A stretch of DNA of 64,000 nucleotides, taken from assembly GCF_009914755.1 (NCBI RefSeq), contig NC_060946.1. One strand, written 5' to 3'. Below, in pieces: positions 1 to 15,234 of the stretch. Every line of letters starts with the position of its first letter. Position 1 is the first letter of the stretch. The notes beneath the pieces were generated by a model, which saw only the letters and a program-made list of their open reading frames with translations, had not been told where the DNA came from and ran no database searches. Made by a program: the position numbers and the translations under genes. The stretch is from the human T2T-CHM13v2.0 reference genome, Homo sapiens.

Positions 1-192
<192 letters not shown>

Positions 193-195
<3 letters not shown>

Positions 196-350
196 AGAAA
201 GAAAGAGAGAAAGAGAGAGAGAAAGAAAGAGAGAGAAAGAGAGAGAGAGGAAGGAAGGAAGAAAGAAAGGAAAGAAGGAGAGAAGGAAGAAAAAGAAGGA
301 AGGAAGGAAGGAAAGAAGGAAGGAAGGAAGGGAGGGAGAAAAGAAAACAT
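193..350 (+). repeat. (GA/GAAA/GGAA)n purine microsatellite derived from the Alu tail
   Basis: ~155-bp A/G tract immediately after the Alu. Confidence 0.95.
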
Positions 351-389
351 AGAACAGGTAAGGGGTAACTGAAATGGATTGGGCAGACA

Positions 390-1030
<641 letters not shown>

Positions 1031-1948
1031 ACGTAACAATTGTTATTATATTAAGAGCTTAGGTCTGCTTTGACATGAAGCACTGGGACACTAGAACAGA
1101 GAAAGAGATACTCTCCCCACTCCCAACTTTAGAAACTGGCCCCTAACAGGTGAATATGATCCACCGTTTCTGTACTGTGAGCAGAGTCTGTGCCACATTC
1201 AGCAAGAGTGGCAGGTCTCCTTGACCTCAGTGCTTCCCGGGGTGGACAGACTACGGCCACCTTATCTTTTTACACGAGAACTGTCCTTCCTCTCTCAGGC
1301 ATGAAACCATAGGCCAGCTTGGCCATCTTAATCAAAGGGAACTTGAAGCCATTCATTTCATTCATTTTATTTCAAGAAGACATGAAATTATGTTTTATGC
1401 CAGGCCAATAAAGGATGACACATAATTTCCTTGGGCTTACAATATTTCTGCCTTTGGAAAGGTGTCTGAGAACTAAATAACCTGAAGTTTACTGTCTAGT
1501 ACAGTGCAGATTGACAGTAGCTGCTCAATAAAGCATAGTGCCATTCTTCCTCTTTCTCATTCACCTTGACTTCCCCAAGGTCTTCATTTTCAGAGATGGC
1601 AACTGATACCTAGAAACCCCACGAAGTTCTACAGTGTTTACATCAATCCCTCAAATCTGGTTGAACCCAAGAGCCAGAGACCTGCTGATTTTTCTGGAAA
1701 AATGGCTGTCTTAAAGAAGAACCAAAGGACACAGTGGAAAAGACAGCACCTAAAAGTTAGCATGGATGGAAGGGAAAAGTTCCTGGAAAGCAAGGCATTA
1801 GCAGGAATTAGCTAAGTTCTTGTCCACCCTTTGCTAGTGATGATTCATTTTTGTAGGATAATAATATAATAAGACTTTAAAAAATAAAATTTAAAAAACA
1901 TATCTCTGAAGTTTGACAGGCAAGATAGAACCTAGAAAAATAGAATCT

Positions 1949-1951
<3 letters not shown>

Positions 1952-2002
<51 letters not shown>

Positions 2003-2058
2003 TGTGTGCAAGAGAGAATGAGAGAGAAAGAGAGAGACAGACAGACAGACAGAGAGAG
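1952..2058. repeat. Compound microsatellite (CT)n(GT)n followed by a (GA/GACA)n tract
   Basis: Seen directly. Confidence 0.97.
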
Positions 2059-2619
2059 GCTGGTGATTCAAGGTCCCAGTGCAGATAAACAGACTCACTC
2101 TTTCTCCTCCCCAAACAAAACTAGATTTTTTTATTTGTCACACTTGAAGCTCATCTGCTTTCCCACTCCCTCATTAAAATTCTGAGCTACTGCAAGACAG
2201 CCTCGTGCAGGATAATTCGAGCCTGATCTCCCAGGAGAATGCCGGGAACCAGGCTTGTGAATTAGCCTTTCCCCTTGGTGGGTGGACACTGCCACCCTGT
2301 GTTCAGATACTGGGAACCACTGAGCGGTGATCCTTTCCTCTGGCTCCTCAACTTCATAGTGCTTAGTCGATTCCCAGGTGTGCCCACAATATCAATATGT
2401 GTTGGTTATGGTGTGAAGGCTTCCACAGCTGTCAGTGTTTTCAGCCGGGGCATGGAGAGGTTGTTTATAGTGAGGGGAGAGGGAAATGAGATGAAGCTAG
2501 GGAGGCAAGCAGAGATGATAGAACGCATGCTAGGGAAAAACCCACGAGGAACTGCCCTGGATTTCCCCAGCAACTCAAGCATTTGGGTTTCTGTGACTTT
2601 GCTGCCGCTGCTACCTCTT

Positions 2620-2965
2620 CCCAGAATGCTTTTCCCACAGACTCTGCCTTGTGAAAGCCCACGCCTCTCAGAGATCTGGCTGAAGCATCACCTTATCTGT
2701 GAACCCCTGCCTGATCACCACTCCCCGGACCTTACCCTGGTAGAATCAGGGATTTCATTCTGTCCCATCATCGCCTCTTCCCTACACAACTTAAAGGTGG
2801 GTGTCAACATTTCCATACTTTTCTCCCATGAACCCTGGAGGCCCTGGAGTGTGACTGAACTTGTCTTATTGTTCTGTATGTCCCCAAGGCTTAGCAGATC
2901 TTTCATTAATATCTTTGGGAGAGCAAATGAATGAATGAGTGGATGGATGGATGGATGGATGAACA
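2620..2965 (+). mobile_element. L2 3' fragment with (ATGA/TGGA)n tail
   Basis: cccagaatgcttttccc...atcacc motif and terminal aatgaatgaatg-type repeat. Confidence 0.65.
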
Positions 2966-3479
2966 AAATAAATGGTATGCATATAACATTTGGAAAAATC
3001 AGATTAAAGCCTTTAAGGAAGAAAAATCAATGTTATTAGGAGAGGGGAGGAATAGAACTGAGAGAAGAAGTACCCGAATTGAGGGGCTGGAGAGGGCTGA
3101 AAACGGATAGGGAGTGTTACTGAGTTGTAGAAAATAACTCATTTCACCACCAGAGAAAGAGCTATTTATGTAATACTAGAATTAATATAATAATGGTTAT
3201 TATGTCAGAAGCACAAGAGAGTCATAAAATGGCTTATTAAAAGGGTTGCAACTCAGATCACTAAAACCATCAGAGAGGATTCCAACTTTGCATTTCACTA
3301 AAATGTAAGACTTTTTGCTTGAAAACGTCTCATTTAATGGACTTATCAGCTTCCCAATCTCAATATCTTCAAGACTCCTATAAACCTCCACTCTCCCTGA
3401 TTCTAGCACCTAATTAATCAAAGTCAAGCACTGTTATCCCAGAAATGTCTCTTAAACACCTTAAGCCACCTCCAAACAC

Positions 3480-3885
3480 TTTCACTTCTCCAAACCTTTG
3501 AGCAGAAATGTGCTATTTCCTCTGCTGGGAGTATGTTTGAATCCCTTTTTTAAAAAAGGCTAAATTAGAGGTCTCCCTTATAGACTTAGCTTTGGGAAGA
3601 GCCTTTCCCATTTTCACACAGCAAAGGTGGCCATTCCTCAACTGTGTTCCCCTTGTGCTGTGTTCATGCCTTAATTCCAGCATTTTTTTTCAAGCCTCTA
3701 TTGTAGGAATTACTATAGAAGGGTTCTGTTGAAAGTATCTTAACCTGCTCCCCACTGTCTGAAAGCAACACCAAGGAGGTATACAGCTTCAGTATCTTTG
3801 TAGTCTTCCGTTCTAGCACATGGATGAAATATAGCAAAAGAGTGCTCAGAACACATTTATGAAATAAATGAATAAAGAAATGAAA
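3480..3885 (+). mobile_element. L2 3' fragment
   Basis: tctagcaca...gtgctcagaa...aaatgaataaagaaatgaa terminus. Confidence 0.6.
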
Positions 3886-4264
3886 ACGAATGGACAAGCA
3901 TGGAGGACATATTAGGTTGAAAAAAAATAGCTTTACCAGTCTGTGTAGCTCCTGATCACAACAGTATATACTGGTCACACCTTGTCCCATTATTTCCACC
4001 CAAAATCATACTCTTTCTTTAAGACCTGTCTCAGATGCTACCCCCTTCAAGCTTCTGTCTGTAATTAATCAACATGCAGCCCTTTGCTTCTGGGCAATGC
4101 TCACATGACACTCATCATTTGCTACATTTTATGAGAGATCATGCACTAAAAAAATAAAAAATACCTAAAATAAACTGAGAGACTGCTATGTGCCAGCCAC
4201 AGGGAAAGTCTCTTTCCAAAGCTGAGTCTCTAAGGTAGACCCCTAATTCAGCTTTTAAAAAGTT

Positions 4265-4425
4265 CCAGATGCTGAGCACAAAGAGTTGAACAAAATGAAA
4301 AAGGTCTCTGTTCTTTTGAAGCTTATATTTCAGTGGATGGAGACAGATAATAAATAGCACATAAACAAATAAATAAAAAGAGAGTTTCAGTGTTTTAAGG
4401 ACAATAAAACTGGGTAATGTAATAG
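4265..4425 (-). mobile_element. L2 fragment
   Basis: gaacaaaatgaaaaaggtctctgttcttttgaagcttatatttcagtgg...gagacagataataaa pattern. Confidence 0.65.
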
Positions 4426-4666
4426 TGTTTCCCTCAGCATTCTCATTTGTAGCCAGCAGAATTCAGTTTCACTAAAGGAGAATTTATTAAGCAGGATTCC
4501 TTCAAAAACTCAACAGAAAGACCAAAGAAACAGGCTCTTGTCAAGTTTCCAGCAAAAAAATTGGACATTTCATCTCTAGCATATGACACATGTGGAGAGT
4601 CATTGATTTAGTACTACTCAAGAGGGGAGAAAACATTCATTGAAATCTGATCATATTGTGTGACTT

Positions 4667-5279
<613 letters not shown>

Positions 5280-5529
5280 AAATTGCATGACTTTTTTTTT
5301 CCATTTTGCCATGCAAGTTTTCCCTTCCCTCCTGCCTTACTTACCTACAGATTCAGATTTTTTAAAAGGAGTTTATGCTTTCTATGACTTTTTGCATTAG
5401 GGTTGAAACTTTCAGTCACAAGTCGTTTGGGACAGATAACTTACTAAAGGTCTAGAACAAATGACCAGCCACCCAAGGACACATATGCAGGCTGGCATGC
5501 CTGCAGCCAGAAAGAAACCATATGGAAAG

Positions 5530-5595
5530 CATAGCACAGTCCAATAGGTCTCTGCTCCTCCATAGGACAGTCCAATAGGTCTCTGCTCCTCCATA
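5530..5595. repeat. 31-bp tandem duplication (about 2.1 copies)
   Basis: catagcacagtccaataggtctctgctcctc / cataggacagtccaataggtctctgctcctc, 1 mismatch. Confidence 0.95.
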
Positions 5596-7462
5596 ATAAC
5601 TCTCTTGGAGAAAAGTTGGGTTCTGTGTCTAGTGTGAAACTCTCATAAATAGTTTTTTGAACAATCATGTACTTGGTGGACTACAAGACAAAATGATTTT
5701 GTTTTTCTTCTATCAGTCTTCAAACAAATGCTGTTGGCTCCTCCTTTCCTGCTGCTTCATGGCATATTGGGCAGATCCCACAGGTGGTGTTAAAATGTCC
5801 AGCCCAGTTAGTCCAGTTTAAAATTTTATTTTTATATTCAATTCAAAGCATTTCCCCTCTCCGGTGCAGAACTGCCTTGCATACTAGGAAGCAGGCCCTT
5901 TTGATTCTCCTTCATTATGGGAAATAGACTTGTTGGTGATACTGGAAGCTAGTGCCCCAAAACGGAGCACAGTGAGCCTTAAGCATCCCACTTTGTAAAA
6001 TGAAAGCATGGTTTTCCTCTTCAGGCTTATTACAATGAGGTAAAGCTAGTACTATGGCCAACACTCATCCATACCCTCTTCAGTCCAAAGAAAAGACTAG
6101 AAATTTGAAAAGATTGCCTAAACTAAATTACCATTCCCTTTTCCTCCTAATGCTTTGGAGTTCTCCAAGATCAGGATCTGAAAGCAAGGATTATGGGTAA
6201 GTGGCAAAAGCACTTTTACTTCGCAGCTACAGTTGACGCTTCTTCCCTAGCTATTTCAGTGCTTCCAGAGGTCCCTGAGGCTTCTCACTGCATGATTCTC
6301 TTATGTGGGAGAACCTTTTTGACTTGACTTCCTCCAAATATCTATTCCCCTTCTGCCCCCAGGTAATACTTTCCAAAATACCTTATTGCTATGGTACTCC
6401 TCCCCTGCTGGCCAGATTACTTGCAGGTAGGAGGGAGGAGCACTGGCAAGACAAGCTCGATACTGGCTGACTCTCAGTTTCCACATGGCCCATTGAAAAC
6501 TCATGATCCTCACCCACCACAGAGTGAGAGCGTCGGCGACCCCATTATAAGCTTCTTTTTCCACCCAGCCATTGCTCTATTTCTTTCTTTTTCCTTTGCT
6601 CACACAGATTGAAGATTGGCAAATCCACTGCTCCAACAGATATCCAACAGGGCAAAGGGGATGCCAGGCTACCGTCTTTTAGGCATGTGTGGTCTCTGCA
6701 AGTGGTCCTTGCAGAATACTCCCTAGTTTGACTTGGGTGGGGAGCGGGCCCCATTAAGAAGGGAGGGGAGAGGAAAAAATAAAGTTTTTCTCCCCTAAAG
6801 GCACAATTACTCCATATTTTCACAAATTCCATTGAGTTTAGGCAATCTTTTCAAATTTCTAGTCTTTTCTTTAGACTGGAGAGGGTATGGATGAGTGTTG
6901 GCCATAGGACTAGCTTTACCTCATTGTAATAAGCCTGAAGAGGAAAGCCATGCTTTCATTTTACAAAGTGGGATGCTTAAGGCTCAATGTTCTCCGTTTC
7001 AGGGCACTAGCTTCCAGTATCACCAACACGTCTATTTACCATCTTATTATACCTGTTTAGATGCAGGTGTTCTAGAAAAGAGAGGAATTAGGGTGAGGAT
7101 TTTAGAATTGGAAGGCCAAGGAAATGAGATCTATGAAAATCGTATAGGCCACATAGAACAGGCTGGAAGATCTCTCTGTGTTTTCTCTTCCAAGAAACTA
7201 AGAATATGTCAGTCCCCTTCACCTTGCATGGATGTTTTAGGTTTCAAGCAATCCAAGTCGTCTTCAAAGCTGCTTGGGTTTCTTAGCAATCAACAAGATA
7301 AGTACAAGGTAACTATGTCACAAAGATCAAACGTTGTTACTCATTGTAGTCACTGCATTCCAAACTTTCCCAGTGTAGTAGCCATTGGAGGTCTATGAGC
7401 ATCCTTCTAGAAGAAAGAAGAGTCTCAAATGGACTCTTTACTAACCTTTAAAAACAAGTCAC

Positions 7463-8055
7463 TTTTTTTTTTTATTATACTTTAAGTTCTGGGGTACATG
7501 TGCAGAATGTGCAGGTTTGTTACATAGGTATACACGTGCCATGGTGGTTTGCTGCACCCATCAACCTGTCATCTACATTAGGTATTTCTCCTAACGCTAT
7601 CCCTGCCCTAACCCCCACCACCAGACAGGCCATGGTATGTGATGTTCTCCTCCCTGTGTCCATGTGTTCTCCTTGTTAAACTCCCACTTATGAGTGAGAA
7701 AATGTGGTGTTTGGTTTTCTGTTCTTGTGATAGTTCGCTGAGAATGATAGCTTCTAGCTTCATCCATGTCCCTGCAAAAGACATGAACTGATTCTTTTTT
7801 ATGGCTGCATAGTGTTCCATGGTGTATATGTGCCACACTTTCTTTATCCAGTCTATCATTGATGGGCATTTGGGTTGGTTCAAAGTCTTTGCTATTGTGA
7901 ATAGTGCTGCAATAAATATACAGGTGCATGTGTTTTTATAATAGAATGATTTATAATCACTTGGGTGTATACCCAGTAATGGGATTGCTGGGTCAAATGG
8001 CATTTCTGGTTCTAAATCCTTGAGGAATCACCACACTGTCTTCCACAGTGGTTGA
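7463..8055 (-). mobile_element. 5'-truncated L1PA (L1PA7/8-like): 3' UTR and ORF2 C-terminus
   Basis: ORF 7608-8003 (PFDPAIPLLGI...WIKKVWHIYTMEHYAAIKKN) matches the L1 ORF2 C-terminus; poly-T; TSD aaacaagtcac at 7452-7462 and 8083-8093. Confidence 0.96.
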
Positions 8056-8516
8056 CAAAACATCACAAAAGTGCTGTGAACGAAACAAGTCACATTTTAA
8101 CAACTATGTATTAAGCCCTTTACAGCTTTCATTGCTTAACTTTCTTTCTATAGCTCTTTTCCACCACCTTCACCCTCCAGAACTAACAAATGCAAAGGTA
8201 GGAGGTAGCAGATGCGATCTATGGTAATTTTCCTCCAACATTAGAGCTCTTCACAGTGATAGTATATTATGAGACTCACACAGGGTGCCACATAAAATGT
8301 ATGTTTGTTAGATACCTTTCAAATTAAATTCAGTCACAGGAAAATATGATGTGGTGGGTTCAATTTCCACACTCTGACCCCTGCTCCAAAAAATCCATTG
8401 ACTTTCCTTTATTCAGTTTTGCTCATAAAAACAAACTTCTAGAGTACATTTCAACTGCAATTCAATTGATAAATATTTGCTCTATGTACAATATCTGGAT
8501 TCATAATCACAGCCTA

Positions 8517-9010
<494 letters not shown>

Positions 9011-10378
9011 GGAAAGTCATCCAGAGCCGTGTTCTCCAGATCCAGGAGGCTGTCGCTTTCCATTAGCTCCTTCTCAACCTTGGTCCTTGACCCAGGGGTC
9101 CCTACCAGCCGCCCTCCCGGCCTCCACAGGCCTTTGGGGCGTGTATCCTTGTCCTCTTTGCCCTCCACAGAGCATGGTCTGGCAGATAGACGGGGGTGGC
9201 ACAAGGGTGACATCTAGTGGTTTAAAAAATGAAGTTAGCGTCTTAATGGTCCCATTCTCTGAAAAATGGCAAGAGAACGACACCGGCGGAACCTGGTCTG
9301 TGTGCCGCCTGGGATTGGCTCAGCCATGGTCTCCTGTCCTCTGCAACTGACGATGCTCTAGGAGCCCTACAGGGCTGAACCTCATTCTTGGAGGCCTCAG
9401 AGGGAGGTCCTCCTTGAACTCAGTCTTAGCCTTCATGCTGTTTTGCCTACCCCGCCACCAGGCCCGCTGCTATGGTGGCTGTTCCCTGCCCTTAAGTCAC
9501 CGGCAGACGTGGCCTGATGGCACCTAGCCTCAAGCCTGACCCACCATGCCATGCAAGCTTCCACCCCTGTTGCCATAGAGAAGCACTGGGCGCTCACACG
9601 CACACGGGCTCACCTGGCCTGGTTCCTTGGGCTGCAGGTGAATGGTGGACCTCTCTTCCCTCTCTGGCTCTCCCCTGTTCCCAGGCTGCCCCTATGCTCT
9701 GGGCCTCACACCACGGATGCCTCTGCGGCTCCCCCAAAATGTGGGTGAGTCATTGCCCCGGGGCCTTGCATTCATTGGCTCTGGCTGCCGTAACAAGGTA
9801 CAGGCAGACCTCGTTTTCCCGCACTTTGCTTTATTGAACTTTGAAGATAGTTGTGTTATTTATAAATCGAAGGTTTGTGGCAACCCTGCATTGAGCAAGT
9901 CTATCGGTGCTATTTTTCCAACAGCACGTGCTCACTTTGTGTCTCTGTGTCACATTTTGGTAATTCTCAAGTATTTCAAACTTTTTCATTATTATTATAT
10001 CTGTTACAGTGATCTGCGATTTGTGATTTGTAATTGTTTCGGGGCTCCATGAACCATGTAAGACAGAGAACTTAATCTATAAATGTTCTGACTGGTCATT
10101 CCCTCATCTCTCTCCTCCTCATCGGGCCTCCTGAGACACAATAGTATTGAAATAAGGACAATTCATAATGCTACAAGTGTTACACTTAAAAGGCTCTAAG
10201 TGTTCCAGTGAAAGGAAGACACACACCTCTCACTTTAAATCAAAAGCTAGAAATGATTACACTTAGTGAGGAAGACATGTTGAAAGTGGAGATAGGCCAA
10301 AAGCTAGGCCTCTTGTCCCAAACAGCCTAGCTGTGAACACAAAGGAAAGGTTCTTCAAGGGAATTAAAAGTGCTGTGA

Positions 10379-10668
<290 letters not shown>

Positions 10669-11623
10669 AAAAGTGCTGTGACTCCAGTGAATGCACACAT
10701 GATAAGAAAGCCAAACAGCCTTATTGCTGATATTGAGAAAGTCTGAGTGATCTGAATAAAGATCAAACCAGCTGTATAACATTCCCTTAAACCAAAGCCT
10801 AATCCAGGGCAAGACCCTAACTCTCTTCAATTCTGTGAAGGCTGAGAGAGGTGAGGAAGCTGCAGAAGGAAGTTTGAAGCTAGCAGAGATTGGTTCATGA
10901 GGATTAAAGAAAGAAGTTGTCTCCATAACACCAAAAGTGCAAGGTGAAGCAGCAAGTGCTGATGGAGAAGCTGAAGTTATCCAGAAGATCCAGCTAAAAT
11001 CACGGATGAAGGTGGCTCCACTAAACAACAGATTTTCAAGGTTAAAAAAAAAAAAGCCATCTAGGACTTTCTTAGCTAGAGAGAAGTCAATGCCTGGCTT
11101 CAAAGCTTCAAAGGACAGGCTGCCTCTCTTGTGAGGGGCTAATGTAGGTGGTGACTTCAAATAGAAGCCAGTACTCATTTACCATTCCAAAAACTTTAGG
11201 GCCCCTAGAATTATGCCATATCTATTCTGTCTGTGCTTTATAAATGGAACAACAAGCCTGGATAACAGCATATCATTTACAGCATGGTTTCCTGAATATT
11301 TTAAGCCCAGTGTTGAGAAATATTATTCAGAAAAAATATTTCTTTCAAAATATTACTGCTCATTCACAATGCTTCTGGTCATGCAACAGTTCTGAGGGAG
11401 ATGTACAAGATTAATGTTGCTTTCATGTCTTTTAACACAACATCCATTCTGCAGCCCATGAATCAAGAAGTACATTTAACTTTCAAGTCTTCTTAAATAA
11501 GAAATACATTTCATAAGGCTATAGCTGCCATAGACAGTGATTCCTCTGATGAATCTGGGCAAAGTAAATTGAAAATCTTCTGGAAAGGATTCACCGTTCT
11601 AGATACTATTAAGAATATTTGTG

Positions 11624-11918
11624 GGCCGGGTGCGGTAGCTCATGCCTGTAATCCCAGCACTTTGGGAGGCCGAGACAGGTGGATCATGAGATCAGGAGAT
11701 CGAGACCATCCTGGTTAACACGGTGAAACCCCGTCTCTACTAAAAATACAAAAAAATTAGCTGGGCGTGGTGGTGGGCACCTGTAATCTCAGCTACTTGG
11801 GAGGCTGAGGCAGGAGAATGGTGTGAACCCAGGAGGCGGGGTCTGCAGTGAGCCGAGATCGTGCCATTGCACTCCAGCCTGGGTGACAGAGCAAGACTCC
11901 GTCTGAAAAAAAAAAAAA
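11624..11918 (+). mobile_element. AluY nested in Tigger1
   Basis: gagatcgagaccatcctgg and gaatggtgtgaaccc diagnostics; TSD aagaatatttgtg at 11611-11623 and 11919-11931. Confidence 0.95.
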
Positions 11919-12709
11919 AAGAATATTTGTGATTCATGGGAGGAGATCAAAATATCAACATTAATAGGAGTTTGGAAGAAGTTTATTCCAACCCTCAGGG
12001 ATGAATTTGAGGGGTTCAAGATTTCAGTGGAAGAAGGAGTTGCAGCTGTGGAAATACCAAGAGAACTAGCATTAGAAGTAGCGTGTGAAGAGATGGAGTT
12101 GCTGCAGCCTCATAATAAAGCTTGAATGGATAACGCGTTGCTTCTTATGCATTAGCAAAGAAAGTGGTTTCTTGAGATAAAATCTACCCATGGTGAAGCT
12201 GCTGTGAACATTGTTAAAATGACAACGAGGTATTTAGAATATTACATAAACCTAAATGATGAAGCAGTGGCAGGGTTTCAGAGGATCAACTCCAATTTTG
12301 AAAGAAATTCTACTGTGGATAAAACGCTATCAAACAGCATCTCATGCTGCAGAAAATCTTTCATAAAAGGATGAGTTGATCAATGAGGCAAACTTCATTG
12401 TTGTCTTATTTTAACGAATTGCCACAGCCACCCCAGCTTCCAGCAACCGCCAACCTGTCAGTCAGCAGCCATCAATCATCAAGGCAAGATCATCCGCCAG
12501 CAAAAAGACGATGATTCACTGAAGGTTCAGATAATTGTTAACATTTTGGGGGCAATAAAAATTTAAAGTATATGTAAATTAAGGTCTATACTTTGTCTTT
12601 TTAAAATATAATGCAATTGCAAACTAAACAGACTGCAGTATACTGTAAACATTACTTTTATATGTACTGGGAAACCAAAAACTTTGTGTGACTCACTTTA
12701 TTATGATAT

Positions 12710-12962
12710 TTTCTTTTTCTTTTTTTTTTTGAGACGGAGTCTCACTCTGTCTGTCCCCCAGGCTGGAGTGCAGTGGCGCAATCTCCGCTCACTGCAGGCT
12801 CCGCCTCCCAAGTTCACGCCATTCTCCTGCTTCAGCCTCCTGAGCAACTGGGACTACAGCCGCCCGCCAGCACGCCTGGCTAATTTTTCATATTTTTAGT
12901 AGAGACAGCGTTTCACCGTACTAGCCAGGGTGGTCTTGATTTCCTGACCTCATGATCCACCT
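12710..12962 (-). mobile_element. 5'-truncated AluY nested in Tigger1
   Basis: Poly-T and AluY body; stops at ctcatgatccacct, then Tigger1 resumes. Confidence 0.93.
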
Positions 12963-13399
12963 TCTTTATTGCAATGGTCAGGAATGGAATCTCCAATGTC
13001 TTCAAGGTGTACCTATGCCACAAACTGAGTAGCTTAAACAGTAGAAATTTATTTCTCACAGTTCTGGAGGCTACAAGTCCAAGATCAAGGTGTTTACATG
13101 GTTCCTTTCTTCTGGGGTCTCTCTTCTTCACTTGTAGATGGCCATCTTCTCCCTGTGTCTTCAGATGGGTTCTCTTTGTGTATCTGTGTCCTCATCTCTT
13201 CTTCTTATAAGGACACAAGTAATACTGGATTAGGGCCCAACCTAAAGAACTAATCTTAACTTAATTGCCCTTTAAAGTCCTGTCTACTACTTCAACATAC
13301 AAATTTGGGGGGCCGGGGGGAGCAAAATATATAAATAATAGGCATGTTTGGTCAGTGTGAGAAAGGTGCTCAAATAAAAAAATTCCTCTCCTTTCTTTT

Positions 13400-14080
13400 T
13401 CCCATCATGTATTTGGAGACACAGTCATTTAAGCAGCCCTTCTGAGAACGACCTCAGAGACCAAGGAATCTCCTGGCCCTTTACAAAGCTGTGGCCAGTC
13501 GCCAGCACACTCTTCTATCTGCTCTGCCTCCTTCCTTGCCACACTCTCTCTTTAATCTCATACCTACTTGGCTGAGAGAATGGTTCCCTACTGAAGTGTG
13601 TGCATGCAGGATTTTCCTTCAGGTTCCATTTTCGAGGGAGCCCGGTCTTTCACATGAAATTATCTGTTTTCGCCAACCTAAGGCAGAATTAGAATTTTCT
13701 GGGGCATTGACTTTGCGATGTGGCTTTATTCCTTTATGTTACAGCCTGGCCTCAGCTGGGACAGCTGAGGAGTGCTGGGCCAGAAAGCAGGGAGTAAAGA
13801 CTTGAGGTGGCCCTGCACAGCAAACCCCAAGGTCCCACGAGCACCCTGGGTCCTCCTGGTGCCCTGGAAACCATTCTGCCCCCAAGGCCCTACTCTGGGC
13901 CTACAATGGGAGGGGGAGCCTCAAAAATCTCTGATATACTTTCAGGGGCATTCTTCCATTTTCTTGATGTCTAGAACCTGGCTTTCTTCTAGCAATACTA
14001 AACTCCATACCAAATGGTTAATTGGCCACACCTTGATTTTCTCTCCAAAATGTGCTTCTTTCTTTATATCCCTTGTAAGC
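13400..14080 (-). mobile_element. MaLR internal sequence (MLT1-int-like)
   Basis: ccctggaaaccattctgccc...gggcctacaatgggagggg...cattttcttg resembles THE1/MST/MLT internal sequence; adjacent to the MLT1 LTR. Confidence 0.6.
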
Positions 14081-14129
14081 TGTATTCCTAGGTATACAGC
14101 ACTAAATGCCACCGTGCCCGGCCTTACAG

Positions 14130-14232
14130 TCCCTACTTTCTTGTGATTCTTGGAGTCACCTTTCAAGTAAACTACTTGCACCAGAGGTCTAGTTTCATGG
14201 TGTACTTTTAGGGGGAACCCAAACTAAGAGCA
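14130..14232 (+). mobile_element. ERVL LTR 3' end (LTR16-like)
   Basis: taaactacttgcacc...gggggaacccaaactaaga terminus. Confidence 0.6.
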
Positions 14233-14259
14233 TCACTTTATGTTTATAGGTTATTTATT

Positions 14260-15118
14260 TATTAATAACAGGTTGTTTCTATTTTTGCCCATTTTCCTAT
14301 AGGGATGTTTATCTTTCCCTTTTTAACTCATAATAGTTATTGTATATACTAAATATTGACCTTAATTATTTATGTAGAGAGAGAATATTTTATCCCAGTT
14401 TGTGATTATCTTTCCACTTTTCAATGGTGTCCCTGATGAGTAGAAATTTCAAATGCAATGTAGGAGAAACTGTCAATAATCTCCTTTATGATTTGTGTGT
14501 GTGCTTTTTTTTCCCTTAAGACATCATTCTTGAAGTCATAGAAATATTCCTCGTCTGTTTAAGGCTGGGCGTGGTGGCTCACGCCTTTAATCCTAGCACT
14601 TTGGGAGGCCGAGACAAGTGGATCACCTGAGGTCAGGAGTTTGAGACCAGCTGGCCAACATGTCGAAATCCCGTCTCTACTAAAAATACAAAGATTAGCC
14701 AGGTGTGGTGGCGCATGCCTGTAATCCCAGCTACTCAGGAGGCTGAGGCAGGAGAATCAGTTGAATTTGGGAGGCAGAGGTTGCAGTGAGCCGAGATCAT
14801 ACCACTTCACTCCAGCCTGGGTGAAAGAGCAAAACTCCATCTCAAAAGAAAAAAATTATTCATCTGTTTCTAAAATTGAGATTTCTAATTCAGCTGGAAT
14901 TGGTATTTATTTAGTGGAAGGAAAGGATCCAATTTTATTTTTTTCCATATAGATAATCAGTTGTCTCGATGCCTTTTACAGAATACTCCTTCCTTCCTGC
15001 ATTGTTCTTCAATACTAGCTCTGTCACGTGCTAAATGTCCATATGTGCCTGGGTCTAGTTCTCTTTTTATTCTGCACCATTGTTCTGTTTGCCAGTTCCT
15101 GCACTAATAATACCACAT
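14260..15118 (-). mobile_element. Old L1M ORF2 fragment split by an Alu
   Basis: T-rich L1 antisense text (tttttgcccattttcct...ccagtttgtg...aaatgtccatatgtg). Confidence 0.65.
14563..14855 (+). mobile_element. AluSx
   Basis: Full Alu dimer; degenerate TSD ending tctgttt. Confidence 0.95.
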
Positions 15119-15232
15119 GCTATGGTCTGAATGTGCCCTCCCCCACAAATTCTTGTGCCAAATCAACAGTGTTGGGAGGTGGGACCTAGTGAGAGCTATC
15201 CCACTCTCTTGAGTGGATTAAAAAGGGCTTGG
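15118..15232 (+). mobile_element. MST/MLT1A LTR 5' fragment
   Basis: tgctatggtctgaatgtgccctcccc...aacagtgttgggaggtggg. Confidence 0.7.
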
Positions 15233-15234
15233 GG

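Noticed and set aside
2275-2934. 219-aa ORF
   Set aside because: Non-ATG start, runs into an L2 remnant, no recognisable domain or exon structure
5530-5595. Short direct repeats (also at 33224 and 36139) as CRISPR-like arrays
   Set aside because: Only two copies each, no spacer series, eukaryotic context
6398-6417. CTCF-like motif (minus strand tggccagcaggggagg); weaker ones near 18990 and 24170
   Set aside because: Mismatches in the GGC core or 5' half; not supportable without ChIP data
6895-7398. 167-aa ORF
   Set aside because: Non-ATG start and no recognisable homology; likely a chance ORF
8067-8079. aaaagtgctgtga in the L1 filler equals the TSD of the Alu at 10379
   Set aside because: A 13-mer match somewhere within 64 kb is expected by chance and no mechanism links them
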